Source: Candidatus Eiseniibacteriota bacterium (GTDB lineage Bacteria; Eisenbacteria; RBG-16-71-46). From it: DNA of 50,285 bases. The translations under genes were made by a program, and so were the position numbers. The stretch is from positions 1-50,285 of the forward strand of contig JBGPFC010000030.1 of assembly GCA_041483195.1 (NCBI GenBank), in the 5' to 3' direction. Below, one piece after another: positions 28,461 through 38,701 of this stretch. Numbering within the stretch: the stretch's first letter is position 1; the number at the start of each line of letters is the position of its first letter. A model generated the notes under the pieces. It searched no databases. It was not told the DNA's origin and saw only the letters and a list, made by a program, of their open reading frames with translations.

Positions 28461-29786
28461 ATGCTGAAAGGGCGCACGGTGGTGGTGGGGGTGTCGGGAG
28501 GCATCGCCGCCTACAAGGCGTGCGAGCTGGTGCGCTGGCTGCGCACGCGCGGTGCCTCGGTGATCGTGGTCATGACGCCGGCGGCCTGCGAGTTCGTGAC
28601 GCCGCTCACGTTCCAGGCGCTCTCCGGCAACCCGGTCGTGCGCGAGCTGTGGGGCAATCAGCGCCCGGGCTTCGACCTGCCGGCGGCGGCCGCGAACAAA
28701 GTGGGCGGCGCGGTCGAGCACGTCGACGTCGCGGAGGCCGCAGACGCCATCGTGATCGCGCCGGCGACCGCCGATCTCCTCGCGCGGCTCGCCCACGGCG
28801 AGGCGCCCGACGCGCTCACCGCCTCGGTGCTCGCGAGCCCCGCGCCGCTCGTGATCTGCCCCGCGATGGACCTCGAGATGTGGCGGGCCGCCGCGACCCG
28901 CGACAACGTCGCGACGCTGCGCCGCCGCGGCGCGACGGTGGTGGACCCGGAGCGCGGCGCGCTCGCGTCGGGACTCGAAGGCCAGGGACGGCTCGCAGCG
29001 CTCGAGGTGATCGGAGCGGCGGTCGAGCGCGCGCTCGAGCGGCGCGCGAGCCTCGATGGCGTGCGGGTGCTCGTCAGCGCGGGGCGCACCGAGGAGCCGC
29101 TCGATCCGGTGCGGGTGCTCACCAATCGCTCGAGCGGCAGGATGGGCTTCGCGCTCGCCGAGGCCGCGCGCGATCGCGGCGCCGCGGTCGAGCTGGTCGC
29201 CGGTCCCGCCAGCGTCGAGCCGCCCGATGGCGTCACGCTCACGCGCGTGACCACCGCCGCCGAGATGGAGCGCGCAGTGCTCGCCGCCGCCTCGCGCGCC
29301 GACGTCGTGCTGATGGCCGCCGCCATCTCGGACTATCGCCCCGCGCGCATCGCCCGCGAAAAGCTCAAGCGCGCCGGCACGCCACTGACGCTCACGCTGG
29401 AGCCCAACCCCGACATCCTCGCCCAGGTCGGCGCCGCCCGCCGCAAGGGCCAACTCCTGGTCGGCTTCGCCCTCGAGACCTCACGCGGCATCCCCCGCGC
29501 CAGAGCCAAGCTCGAGTCGAAGCGCCTCGACCTCGTCGCCCTCAACTCCCCCGCCGAAGGCATCGGCACCGACACGAATCGCGTAACCCTGGTCGAGCCC
29601 CGCAGCGAAACGAGACTCCCGAGCCTCACCAAGCGGGAGGTCGCAGAGCACATCCTCGATCGCGTCATCGAGCTGCGCAGCAAGATGACGAGAGGAGCGC
29701 AGCCGCCAAAGGCGGCGCCCGCGACGCCCGTTCGAAGCGCGCCGGCGCCCGCGAAGCCGCCGCGCCCCAGAGGAAAGCGCAAATGA
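28461..29786 (+). CDS. coaBC: Phosphopantothenoylcysteine decarboxylase/ligase
   Basis: GGIAAYKA, APATAD, PAM, DPVRVLTNRSSGRMG, AAISDY, VGFALET. Confidence 0.96.
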   Translation: MLKGRTVVVGVSGGIAAYKACELVRWLRTRGASVIVVMTPAACEFVTPLTFQALSGNPVVRELWGNQRPGFDLPAAAANKVGGAVEHVDVAEAADAIVIAPATADLLARLAHGEAPDALTASVLASPAPLVICPAMDLEMWRAAATRDNVATLRRRGATVVDPERGALASGLEGQGRLAALEVIGAAVERALERRASLDGVRVLVSAGRTEEPLDPVRVLTNRSSGRMGFALAEAARDRGAAVELVAGPASVEPPDGVTLTRVTTAAEMERAVLAAASRADVVLMAAAISDYRPARIAREKLKRAGTPLTLTLEPNPDILAQVGAARRKGQLLVGFALETSRGIPRARAKLESKRLDLVALNSPAEGIGTDTNRVTLVEPRSETRLPSLTKREVAEHILDRVIELRSKMTRGAQPPKAAPATPVRSAPAPAKPPRPRGKRK

Positions 29787-30700
29787 CCGACAAGGAAGTG
29801 CGTGACGAGCTGGCCAGCGTCGCGCGAAGCGCCAGCCGCCTGCTCGGCCGCGAGCGAGCCGCCGGCACCGGCGAGCTCCTCGCGCAAAGCGCCGCCCGAG
29901 CCGCCGAACAAACCGCTCGGCCGACGGGGCTCTCGCATGGTGAGCCCGGAGCGGGGGCGGAGGGCACGTCGGGCCGAAGGTTTACCTCTATGAGGCCAGA
30001 CGTGCCCTCCGCCCCCGTTCCGGGCCCCCCAATAGAGCTCCCCGACTTTCTCCACCCGGATCATCACGACCCGCTAGCCCCCGCGGGACTAGACGCCCGC
30101 TCCACGCTCCTCGCCGCATCGCATCCGGTCCTCGAGACCATCGCCGGCGAAGTGCGAGCCTGTCGCATGTGCGGGCTCTGTGAGACGAGAACGAACGCCG
30201 TGCCCGGCATCGGCTCCGCGCAGAGCGGGATCGTGTTCGTCGGCGAGGCTCCCGGGGCCGATGAAGACCGGCGTGGCGAGCCGTTCGTCGGACGCGCTGG
30301 CGAGCTGCTCACCAAGATCATCCAGGCGATGGACGACGCGCGGCTCATTCCGGGCGTGCCGCTCACCCGCCAGTCGGTGTATATCTGCAACGTGCTGAAG
30401 TGCAGGCCACCCGAGAATCGCAATCCGCTGCCGCACGAGATCGAGAAGTGCTCGCCGTACCTCCACCGCCAGCTCGAGGCGCTCGATCCGAGGATCATCT
30501 GCTGCCTCGGCAAGTTCGCGGCCGAGCTGCTGGTGGGCGTGAAGGGCACCATCGCGAGCATGCGCGGCAGCACCTATCGCTTTCGCGGCGCCAAGCTCAT
30601 CGTGACCTATCATCCCGCGGCGTGCCTCCGGAACCCGAACTACAAGCGCCCGGTGTGGGAAGACATGCAGCGCCTGGCGCACGAGTATCAGACGGACTGA
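29783..30700 (+). CDS. Uracil-DNA glycosylase family 4 (4Fe-4S)
   Basis: CRMCGLC, VGEAPG, PFVGRAG, NVLKCRPP, TYHPAA. Confidence 0.93.
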   Translation: MTDKEVRDELASVARSASRLLGRERAAGTGELLAQSAARAAEQTARPTGLSHGEPGAGAEGTSGRRFTSMRPDVPSAPVPGPPIELPDFLHPDHHDPLAPAGLDARSTLLAASHPVLETIAGEVRACRMCGLCETRTNAVPGIGSAQSGIVFVGEAPGADEDRRGEPFVGRAGELLTKIIQAMDDARLIPGVPLTRQSVYICNVLKCRPPENRNPLPHEIEKCSPYLHRQLEALDPRIICCLGKFAAELLVGVKGTIASMRGSTYRFRGAKLIVTYHPAACLRNPNYKRPVWEDMQRLAHEYQTD

Positions 30701-30767
30701 CCGGGCGTGAAGCCCGCCGCGGCGCGAACCCGCCTCTCCGGGCGCGCGTGCCGCGAAAGGACGTGAC

Positions 30768-32684
30768 ATGACCGACATTCTCTCGCGCCCCGCGAGCCTC
30801 GGACCCGAAGGGCTCACCCCGCCGCAGGCGCTCGAGGCCGAGCGCTCGGTGCTGGCGGCGCTCATGCTGGAGCATGAGACGATCGGGCGGGCGCTCGAGC
30901 AGCTCGAGCCCGTGGCGTTTTACCGCGTCGCCCACCAGAAGATCTACGAGGCGATCCTCGCGCTCTACAACCGGAACGAGCAGGTGGACCTCGTGACGCT
31001 CACCGAGGAGCTGCGCAAGCGCGGCGAGCTGGAGGCGGTGGGCGGGACCACCGCGCTGTCGCAGATCCTCGAGTACGCGACCACCACCGCGAACCTCGAT
31101 CAGCACATCCGGATCATCCACTCGAAGTTCATCCTGCGCTCGCTGATCCGCGCGACCGGCGAGATCCAGCAGGAGGCCTACGCGGGCTCCGACGAGACCG
31201 CCGCGATCCTCGACCGCGCGGAGTCCCGCGTGTTCGCGATCACCGACTCGCGCGTGCGCCAGGGATTCGTCCCGCTCAAGGACCTGCTCAAGCCGGCGTT
31301 CGAGCACATCCAGAAGCTGTTCGAGCGCAAGGTGCAGGTGACCGGCGTGGACACCGGCTACGACGACCTCAACAAGCTCACCGCCGGGTTCCAGAACGGC
31401 GATCTGATCGTGATCGCGGGGCGGCCGAGCGCCGGCAAGACCTCCTTCGCGCTGAACCTCGCCGAGAACGCAGCGATTCGCGCGCGCGTGCCGGTCGCGG
31501 TGTTCTCGCTCGAAATGAGCAAGGAGCAGCTGGTGCAGCGCCTGCTCTGCTCGCAGAGCGAGGTCGCGCTCCACCGCCTGCGCAACGGCCACCTCTCGAA
31601 CGAAGACTGGCCACGGCTCACGACCGCGGCGGGGCTGCTCACCCAGGCGCCGATCATGATCGACGATTCGGCGTCGCTCACCGTGATGGAGATCCGCGCG
31701 AAGTGCCGGCGGCTGCGCGCCGAGAGCAAGCTGGGCCTGGTGTTCATCGACTACCTGCAGCTGATCCGCGGCGCGGGCAACGTCGAGAACCGCGTGCAGG
31801 AGATCTCGCAGATCACCCGCGGGCTGAAGAGCCTTGCGAAGGAGCTCAGCGTCCCGATCATCGCGCTCTCGCAGCTCTCGCGCGCGGTCGAGACCCGCGA
31901 CAAGACCGGCCGCCCGCAGCTCTCGGACCTGCGTGAATCGGGCTGCCTCACCGCGGACTCGCGGATCCTGCGCGCCGACACCGGCGACTGGATGCCGATG
32001 GGCACGCTGCTCGCGCGCGGCGAGCGCAACATCCCGGTGTGGACGCTCGACGACGACCTGCGGGCCGCGCGCGGCACCATGACGCGCGTCTTCCCGAGCG
32101 GGCTGAAGCCGGTCTTCGAGCTGCGCCTCGCATCGGGCCGCAGCGTGACCGCGAGCGCGAACCATCCGTTCTTCACGCCCGACGGGTGGACGCGGCTCGA
32201 CGCGCTGGGGCGCGGCGCTCCGCTCGCCACGCTGCGCAGCGTTCCGTGGGGTGTCGACCTGCGCCCGCGGACCCCGCCCGGGCGGCGGCTGAGCCGCGTC
32301 ACCGCCACCCACGGCCCGGCGCTGCTCGAGGCCCTGAGCCTCCGCCGGCCCGAGTCCACCGACGTGATCTGGGATCCGGTGGTCGCGATCGAGCCGCGCG
32401 GCGAGCAGCCGGTGTTCGACGCGACGGTGCCGGGCACCCACAACTTCATCGCGAACGGAATCTTCGCGCACAACAGCATCGAGCAGGATTCGGACGTCGT
32501 GATGTTCGTGTACCGCGAGGTCATGTACAACCGCGAGACCCAGGAGCCCGGCAAGGCGAACATCATCGTCGCCAAGCAGCGCAACGGTCCGACCGCGGAC
32601 ATCGACATGACGTTCCTGCGCGAGTGCACCAAGTTCGTGCCCTACAGCCCGATGATGCCCGGCGAGGCCGAGACGTCCTTCTAA
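30768..32684 (+). CDS. dnaB: Replicative DNA helicase containing an intein
   Basis: AGRPSAGKT, FSLEMS, IDYLQL, LSQLSR, LRESG|intein|SIEQDSD, KQRNGP. Confidence 0.97.
   Translation: MTDILSRPASLGPEGLTPPQALEAERSVLAALMLEHETIGRALEQLEPVAFYRVAHQKIYEAILALYNRNEQVDLVTLTEELRKRGELEAVGGTTALSQILEYATTTANLDQHIRIIHSKFILRSLIRATGEIQQEAYAGSDETAAILDRAESRVFAITDSRVRQGFVPLKDLLKPAFEHIQKLFERKVQVTGVDTGYDDLNKLTAGFQNGDLIVIAGRPSAGKTSFALNLAENAAIRARVPVAVFSLEMSKEQLVQRLLCSQSEVALHRLRNGHLSNEDWPRLTTAAGLLTQAPIMIDDSASLTVMEIRAKCRRLRAESKLGLVFIDYLQLIRGAGNVENRVQEISQITRGLKSLAKELSVPIIALSQLSRAVETRDKTGRPQLSDLRESGCLTADSRILRADTGDWMPMGTLLARGERNIPVWTLDDDLRAARGTMTRVFPSGLKPVFELRLASGRSVTASANHPFFTPDGWTRLDALGRGAPLATLRSVPWGVDLRPRTPPGRRLSRVTATHGPALLEALSLRRPESTDVIWDPVVAIEPRGEQPVFDATVPGTHNFIANGIFAHNSIEQDSDVVMFVYREVMYNRETQEPGKANIIVAKQRNGPTADIDMTFLRECTKFVPYSPMMPGEAETSF
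31944..32474 (+). mobile_element. Mini-intein (177 aa) in DnaB, without homing endonuclease
   Basis: Begins CLTADS after RESG; block B TASANHPF; ends HNFIANGIFAHN followed by Ser. Confidence 0.93.
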
Positions 32685-32687
32685 CCC

Positions 32688-33491
32688 ATGCACGAGGATC
32701 TCGCGGTTCGCGGCGTGCGCTACCTCTGGCGGCGCACCGCCAACTGGATCGCCGAGGTCGGGCGCGTGGCGATGCTGCTCGGCGAGGTCGGACGCACGCT
32801 CGCCCCGGGCCTGCGCTCCTTCGGGCGGATCGTGCAGCAGATGAGCGCGATCGGGGTGGGCTCGCTCTGGCTGGTCGTGGTCGTGAGCGTCTTCACCGGC
32901 GCGGTCTCGGCGGTGCAGGCCGCCTACCAGTTCTCGACCGTCGTTCCCCTCAAGTACATCGGTTCCGTGATCATGCGCTCGGTCATCATCGAGCTGGGCC
33001 CGGTGCTCACCGCGCTCATCATCGGGGGCCGGGTGGGCGCGTCGATCGCCGCGGAGCTGGGCACGATGAAGGTCACCGAGCAGCTCGACGCGTTGCGCGC
33101 GATGGCGATCAACCCGGTGCGGTTCCTGGTGGTGCCGCGCGTGATCGGAGCCATCATCATGCTCCCGGTGCTCACCGTCTTCGCGAACGCCATCGCGATC
33201 TTCGGCGGCTACGTGGTCTCGGTGACCAGCATCGGCGTGAGCACCCACACCTACATCACCGGCCTCAAGGACTTCTTCTACCTCAAGGATCTGCTCTCCG
33301 GGCTGCTCAAGGCGGTGTTCTTCGGCGGCATCATCGGCACCATGGGCTGCTACTACGGCTTCGCGACCGAGGGCGGCGCAGAGGGCGTGGGGCTCGCGAC
33401 CACGCGCGCGGTGGTCGCGTCCTGCGTGCTGATCCTGATCAGCGACTACGTGCTCGCCAACGTCCTCTTCCGGTTCGTGTTCGCGAAATGA
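32688..33491 (+). CDS. mlaE: MlaE family ABC permease
   Basis: ELGPVLTAL, AELGTMKVTEQLDAL, GAEGVGLATTRAVV. Confidence 0.93.
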   Translation: MHEDLAVRGVRYLWRRTANWIAEVGRVAMLLGEVGRTLAPGLRSFGRIVQQMSAIGVGSLWLVVVVSVFTGAVSAVQAAYQFSTVVPLKYIGSVIMRSVIIELGPVLTALIIGGRVGASIAAELGTMKVTEQLDALRAMAINPVRFLVVPRVIGAIIMLPVLTVFANAIAIFGGYVVSVTSIGVSTHTYITGLKDFFYLKDLLSGLLKAVFFGGIIGTMGCYYGFATEGGAEGVGLATTRAVVASCVLILISDYVLANVLFRFVFAK

Positions 33492-34234
33492 TCCGGATCC
33501 GGGGGCTCCGCAAGCGGCTCGGTGGCAAGCGCGTGCTCGATGGCCTCGACCTCGACGTCACGAGCGGGGAGACGCTGGTGGTCATGGGCCGCAGCGGCAG
33601 CGGCAAGAGCGTCCTGCTCAAACACGTCATCGGGCTGATGAGCCCGGACGAGGGCTCGATCGAAGTCGACGGCACCGAGATCGTGGGCCTGCCCGAGCGC
33701 GATCTCGACGAGCTGCGCCAGCGTTTCGGCATGCTGTTCCAGGGCGCGGCGTTGTTCGACTCGATGACGGTTGGCGAAAACATCGGGCTTGCGCTGATCG
33801 AGCACCTGCACCTGCCGGCGGCGGAGATCCGGCGTCGCGTGGCGGAGCGGCTGGATTGGGTGGGGCTGCGCGGGATCGAGGCGATGAAGCCGGCTTCGCT
33901 GTCGGGCGGCATGCGCAAGCGGGTCGGCCTCGCACGCGCGATCGCGATGGATCCGCAGTTCATATTGTACGATGAGCCCACCACCGGCCTCGACCCCATC
34001 ATGGCCGACGTCATCGACCAGATGATCCGGGGACTCCAGCGCCGGCTGGGCGTCACGTCGATCGTGGTGACGCACGACATGATGAGCGCTTACAAGGTGG
34101 CGGACCGCATGGCGATGCTCGACGGCGGCCGCATCGTGTTCGATGGCACGCCGGACGAGGTGCGCGCCACGCGCGATCCGCTCGTGCGACAGTTCGTCGA
34201 GGGGACCAGCGCGGGCCCCGCGCAGATCGTGTAG
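33488..34234 (+). CDS. mlaF: MlaF family ABC ATPase
   Basis: GRSGSGKS, LFQGAALFDS, LSGGMRKR, YDEPTTGLDP. Confidence 0.93.
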   Translation: MIRIRGLRKRLGGKRVLDGLDLDVTSGETLVVMGRSGSGKSVLLKHVIGLMSPDEGSIEVDGTEIVGLPERDLDELRQRFGMLFQGAALFDSMTVGENIGLALIEHLHLPAAEIRRRVAERLDWVGLRGIEAMKPASLSGGMRKRVGLARAIAMDPQFILYDEPTTGLDPIMADVIDQMIRGLQRRLGVTSIVVTHDMMSAYKVADRMAMLDGGRIVFDGTPDEVRATRDPLVRQFVEGTSAGPAQIV

Positions 34235-34289
34235 CGTCGGCGGTGCATGGCGCGGCGGGACCGCGCCGGGTGACCATGGAAGGGGAGGC

Positions 34290-35183
34290 ATGAGCCGAAG
34301 AACGGAAATCCAGGTGGGCATCACGGTGCTGCTCGCGATCGCGATCATGGTGGTGGGCGTCACCTGGCTCAAGGAGATCTCGATCCGGCGCTCGGTCCGG
34401 GTCTGGAGGGTGAGCTTCGAGCAGACCGGAGGCCTGGGCCAGAGCGACGAGGTGCAGGTCAACGGCATCCGCGAGGGCGAGGTGCGCGCCATGCACCTGA
34501 TGGGCGACCACGTTCTGGTGGAGCTGGCGCTCGCCTCCGAGATCCAGCTCACCCGCGACTCGCGGGTCGCGATCCGCAACGTCGGCCTGATGGGCGAGAA
34601 GGTGATCGCGGTGGATCTGCGCGAGAGCGGCGCGCCATGGACCGAGCGCGACACCATCCCGGGACGCTACGAGAAGGGCGTGACCGAGGTGGTCGCGAGC
34701 CTGGGCGACGCGGTGGGCGCGATCGCCGAGCTCGCCGACGAGATCCGCGGCGTCGCCAACATCCTGAAGAAGAACGGCGATTTCGCGCAGACCATGCGCA
34801 ACTTCCGCAGGACGAGCGACGACCTCAAGCTGGCGGTCGAGGAGAACCGCGCGATGCTGCGCACGACGATGGAGAACTTCAGGGCGGCCTCGCAGACCAC
34901 GAGGAGCCTGACCAGCGACCGCGAGGCGTCGCTGCGCAAGGCGCTGGATCAGTTCGCGTCGGCGGCCGAGAAGCTCGACCGGCTCTCGGGGCGCCTCGAT
35001 TCGCTGCGCGTCACGCTCCACAGCGTGACCGCGAAGGTGGACCAGGGACAGGGAACGCTCGGCAAGCTGGTGAACGACGACAAGCTGTATACCGATCTGA
35101 GCGCCGCGATCCAGAGCCTCAAGGCGCTGATCGCGGACGTGAAGGCGAACCCGAAACGCTACTTCAAGGTGGGCCTGTTCTGA
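34290..35183 (+). CDS. mlaD: MlaD/MCE family protein
   Basis: N-terminal TM, MCE domain (GLMGEKVI), helical tail GTLGKLVND...NPKRYF; GGAGG RBS. Confidence 0.9.
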   Translation: MSRRTEIQVGITVLLAIAIMVVGVTWLKEISIRRSVRVWRVSFEQTGGLGQSDEVQVNGIREGEVRAMHLMGDHVLVELALASEIQLTRDSRVAIRNVGLMGEKVIAVDLRESGAPWTERDTIPGRYEKGVTEVVASLGDAVGAIAELADEIRGVANILKKNGDFAQTMRNFRRTSDDLKLAVEENRAMLRTTMENFRAASQTTRSLTSDREASLRKALDQFASAAEKLDRLSGRLDSLRVTLHSVTAKVDQGQGTLGKLVNDDKLYTDLSAAIQSLKALIADVKANPKRYFKVGLF

Positions 35184-35200
35184 TCACCGCGCCCGCTCTC

Positions 35201-36544
35201 GTGCGCTCGTCCGCGAACGGCGGCCCGCGCGTCTTCCGCCCAGCCGCGGCGTGGGCGATCGCCGTCGCGTGCGCGGCCGCGCTCGCGTGCGTGCCGCCTT
35301 CGCGCGCGGACGATCCGCCGGCGATCGCTCCGGGCGTGCGCGATATGCTGGATCAGGCCGCCCGCGCCGCGCGCGGCAACGCATCGGGCTCGCCGAGCAT
35401 GGAGTCCCCGGCCGCCGCGCGGCCCGAATCGACGCTGCGCGCGATGCTGGGGCGCGGGGCGCGCCCCGCGCAGGCGCTCATCCGCGGCGTGCCGTTCGTC
35501 GGCTGGCGCGAGGCCGCCGCCCACGATTACCCGCGCCGCGACCTGCTGAACCCCTCCGCCGAGGCCGCGCGCGAGATGGTGCTCGGGTACTGGGGCGCCG
35601 ACGTCAAGCCCGAGGCGTTCGCGGAGCTGATCGCGCGGGAGGGGCGCGATGGCGCGAGCCTCGAAGACCTCGAGGCCTCGCTCGCGCGCGGGGTGCCCAC
35701 GCTGGTGTACGCGGCGCTCACCCGGGTCGCGCATCCGGTCGATCCGGCCGCCGCGCTCGCGATCGGCAAGGTGCTGGCGCGGCGCTTCGATCCGCGGAAT
35801 CCCGGCCCCGGCTCGGGAGCGCTCGGGCCGATGATCCCGCTCGTCGCGTTGCGCGCGCTCCCGGACACCGTTCCCAACCCGGTGCGCGAGAGCATCCATC
35901 TCGCGGTGCGGGTCGCGATCGGCTACGACGATGCGCGCGGGGTGATCGTGCTTCACGACCCGTCGTTCGGCCCGGCGCTCGAGCTGAGCCGCGCGGATTT
36001 CGAGACGATGTGGGCGGCCGCGGGCCGGCGCCTCGTGCCGCTCCGGCTCGGCGATCCGGCCGCCGCCGCGGCGCGGCACGCGAACGAATCGTATCGCGCG
36101 CGTTCCGCTGACGAGCGCGGAGCCGAGTGCTTCGTGAACGGAGTCGCGCTGGCGGCGGACGGCCGGGGAGCCGACGCAGAGGCCGAATACCGGCGAGGGC
36201 TCGCCCTCTTAGGATTGAGCCCCGGGTACCGTCATCTGCTCGCGTTCGATCTCGCGCTGGCGCTCGAGGGCCAGGCCCGGGTCGCTGACGCGATCGCGGC
36301 GGCGCGCGAGGCGGCGGCGCTGGTGCCGGACGATGCCGGTCCGTGGCGCCTGCTCACGCGACTGTACGCCGCGACGCCGTCGCCGGAGCACCGCAAGCTG
36401 TGGAGCGAGGCGGCGAACAAGTTGCGGAAGCTGGAGCGCGACCGCCACGCGATCGAGGCGCTCGCCGCAGCGCTGCCGGCCGACTTCTTCATCCCGTCGC
36501 TCGGACCGGCGCGAGGCTGGGGCGCGAAGAAGGCGCTGCCGTGA
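35201..36544 (+). CDS. Exported C39-like peptidase-fold protein with TPRs, catalytic Cys apparently absent
   Basis: VPFV, MVLGYWG, GVPTLV, IGYDD..LHDPSFG..DFETMW, then TPR helices; start uncertain. Confidence 0.6.
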   Translation: MRSSANGGPRVFRPAAAWAIAVACAAALACVPPSRADDPPAIAPGVRDMLDQAARAARGNASGSPSMESPAAARPESTLRAMLGRGARPAQALIRGVPFVGWREAAAHDYPRRDLLNPSAEAAREMVLGYWGADVKPEAFAELIAREGRDGASLEDLEASLARGVPTLVYAALTRVAHPVDPAAALAIGKVLARRFDPRNPGPGSGALGPMIPLVALRALPDTVPNPVRESIHLAVRVAIGYDDARGVIVLHDPSFGPALELSRADFETMWAAAGRRLVPLRLGDPAAAAARHANESYRARSADERGAECFVNGVALAADGRGADAEAEYRRGLALLGLSPGYRHLLAFDLALALEGQARVADAIAAAREAAALVPDDAGPWRLLTRLYAATPSPEHRKLWSEAANKLRKLERDRHAIEALAAALPADFFIPSLGPARGWGAKKALP

Positions 36545-38022
36545 CGCGCCCGGCGAAGGCGGGGAAGGCCCACTTCTTCTGCTCGGCGTGCGGCAACGAG
36601 CAGACGCGCTGGTTCGGGCGCTGCCCGTCGTGCGGCGCGTGGAACACCGCGGTGGAGGCGCCCGCCGTGGCGGGCGCGAAGGGTGGAGGCGCGGGCCCCT
36701 CGCGCACGCGCTGGGCCCCGTCCGGCGAGGCGAGGCCCGCCGGACCGCGGCCGCTCGCGGGCGTCGAGCTCGCGCACGCGAGCCGTTCGAGCACCGGGCT
36801 CGCCGAGCTGGATCGCGTGCTGGGCGGTGGAGTCGTGGCGGGCTCGCTGATCCTGGTGGGCGGCGATCCCGGGATCGGCAAGAGCACGCTCATGCTCCAG
36901 CTCGCGCGCGCACTCGCCGCCGAGGGGCAGCGCGTGCTCTACGTCTCGGGCGAAGAGAGCGAAGAGCAGGTGCGGCTGCGGGCCGAACGGCTCGGCGACA
37001 TTCCCGACGCGCTCTACATCCTGTGCGAGACCGATCTCGAGGCGGTGCTCGAGGCGGCCGCCGGCCTCAGGCCCGCCGCGCTGATCGCGGACTCCATTCA
37101 AACCCTCGCGCGCCGCGATATCGAGGGCGGTCCGGGCACCGTGACCCAGGTGCGCGAGTGCGGGCTCGCGCTGCTGCATCTGGCGAAGGGCGCGAACACC
37201 GCGGTGTTCCTGGTCGGGCACGTCACCAAGGACGGCGCGGTCGCGGGCCCGCGCGTGCTCGAGCACATGGTGGATGCCGTGCTCTACCTCGAGGGCGAGC
37301 GCTACCAGCACTACCGCGTGCTGCGCGCAGCGAAGAACCGCTTCGGCGCCACCCACGAGCTCGGCGTGTTCGAGATGACCGACCGCGGGCTCGCCGAGGT
37401 CGCGAACCCGAGCGAGGCGTTTCTCTCGTCGGCCGGAGACGGCGCGCGCGCCGAGCCCGGCACCGCGGTGGTCGCGAGCGTCGAGGGCTCGCGGCCGCTG
37501 CTGGTCGAAGTGCAGGCGCTGGTCTCGACCTCGTTCTACGGAACGCCGCAGCGCGTGACCAACGGCTTCGACACGCGCCGGCTCGCGGTGCTGCTCGCGG
37601 TGCTCGAGCGGCGCGTGGGCTTGAGGCTCGGCCGGCACGACGTGTTCGTCACCGTGACCGGCGGCATCACGCTGGATGAGCCCGGCACCGACCTGGGCGT
37701 TGCGCTCGCGATCGCCTCATCGTTCACGAGCCGCCCGTTGCTCGAGCGCACCATCGCGGTGGGCGAGGTGAGTCTCACCGGCGAGCTGCGCCGCGTGGCG
37801 CGCGTCGATGCCCGCGTGCGGGAGGCCGCGCGGCTGGGATTCGTGCGCGCCGGGGTGCCGGCGGTGCAGGCGGGCGAGGCCGTGGCCCCCGCGATCGAGG
37901 TGGTCGCGCTCCGCACGCTGCGCGAGGCGATCGACAAGCTGCTGGGCGCGAAGGCTCCGCGCGCCGCCGGCGAGTCTCCAGAGCCGGAGCGCGGCGCCCG
38001 CGCGGAGACACCGTCCCGATGA
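36541..38022 (+). CDS. radA: DNA repair protein RadA/Sms
   Basis: CSACG..CPSC zinc finger, GDPGIGKST, KNRFG, Lon-like C-terminus. Confidence 0.97.
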   Translation: MTRPAKAGKAHFFCSACGNEQTRWFGRCPSCGAWNTAVEAPAVAGAKGGGAGPSRTRWAPSGEARPAGPRPLAGVELAHASRSSTGLAELDRVLGGGVVAGSLILVGGDPGIGKSTLMLQLARALAAEGQRVLYVSGEESEEQVRLRAERLGDIPDALYILCETDLEAVLEAAAGLRPAALIADSIQTLARRDIEGGPGTVTQVRECGLALLHLAKGANTAVFLVGHVTKDGAVAGPRVLEHMVDAVLYLEGERYQHYRVLRAAKNRFGATHELGVFEMTDRGLAEVANPSEAFLSSAGDGARAEPGTAVVASVEGSRPLLVEVQALVSTSFYGTPQRVTNGFDTRRLAVLLAVLERRVGLRLGRHDVFVTVTGGITLDEPGTDLGVALAIASSFTSRPLLERTIAVGEVSLTGELRRVARVDARVREAARLGFVRAGVPAVQAGEAVAPAIEVVALRTLREAIDKLLGAKAPRAAGESPEPERGARAETPSR

Positions 38023-38687
38023 GCGTCGGCGCCATCCTGCTGTGCGCGGGCAAGGGCGAGCGCCTCGGGCTCGCCATGGAAAAATCGCTCGCGCCGCTCG
38101 CCGGCCGCCCGCTGTTCGCGTGGGCGCTCGGAACCCTCGAGCGCTGCTCCGTGATCGAGGGGATCGCGATGGTGGGGCCGGTCGCGAAGCTGAAGGAGCT
38201 CGTGGCGGCGAGCGGGCTCGAGGCGCGCAAGATCGTGGCGTGGACCGAGGGCGGGCGCGAGCGCCAGCAGTCGGTGGGGCGCGGGCTCCACGCGCTGCCC
38301 GAGCGCTTCACCACCGTCGTCGTGCACGACTGCGCGCGCGCGCTGGTGAGCGCGGAGCTGATTTCGCGGGTGGTGGGCGATGCGCTGCAGCAGGGCGCGG
38401 CGCTGGCCGCGATCCCGGTCGAGGACACTCTCAAGCGCTCGACGCTGCAGCACGTGGACGCGACGGTGCCGCGTGCCGGATTGTGGCGCGCGCAGACGCC
38501 GCAGGCGTTCCGCCGCGACTGGCTCGAGGCCGCGCACCGCTCGGCCCACGGCGATGCGACGGACGACGCGGCTCTGGTCGAGGCGATGGGGCATCCGGTG
38601 AGGCTCACGATGGGCGATGCGCTGAACTTCAAGATCACCACGCGACAGGACCTGGAGCTGGCCGAGTCCTGGCTGGCCGGACACTGA
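38019..38687 (+). CDS. ispD: 2-C-methyl-D-erythritol 4-phosphate cytidylyltransferase
   Basis: AGKGER, GGRERQQSV, VHDCAR, QTPQAF, TDDA, NFKITT. Confidence 0.95.
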   Translation: MSVGAILLCAGKGERLGLAMEKSLAPLAGRPLFAWALGTLERCSVIEGIAMVGPVAKLKELVAASGLEARKIVAWTEGGRERQQSVGRGLHALPERFTTVVVHDCARALVSAELISRVVGDALQQGAALAAIPVEDTLKRSTLQHVDATVPRAGLWRAQTPQAFRRDWLEAAHRSAHGDATDDAALVEAMGHPVRLTMGDALNFKITTRQDLELAESWLAGH

Positions 38688-38701
38688 GGTGGAGAGCTGA
38701 C

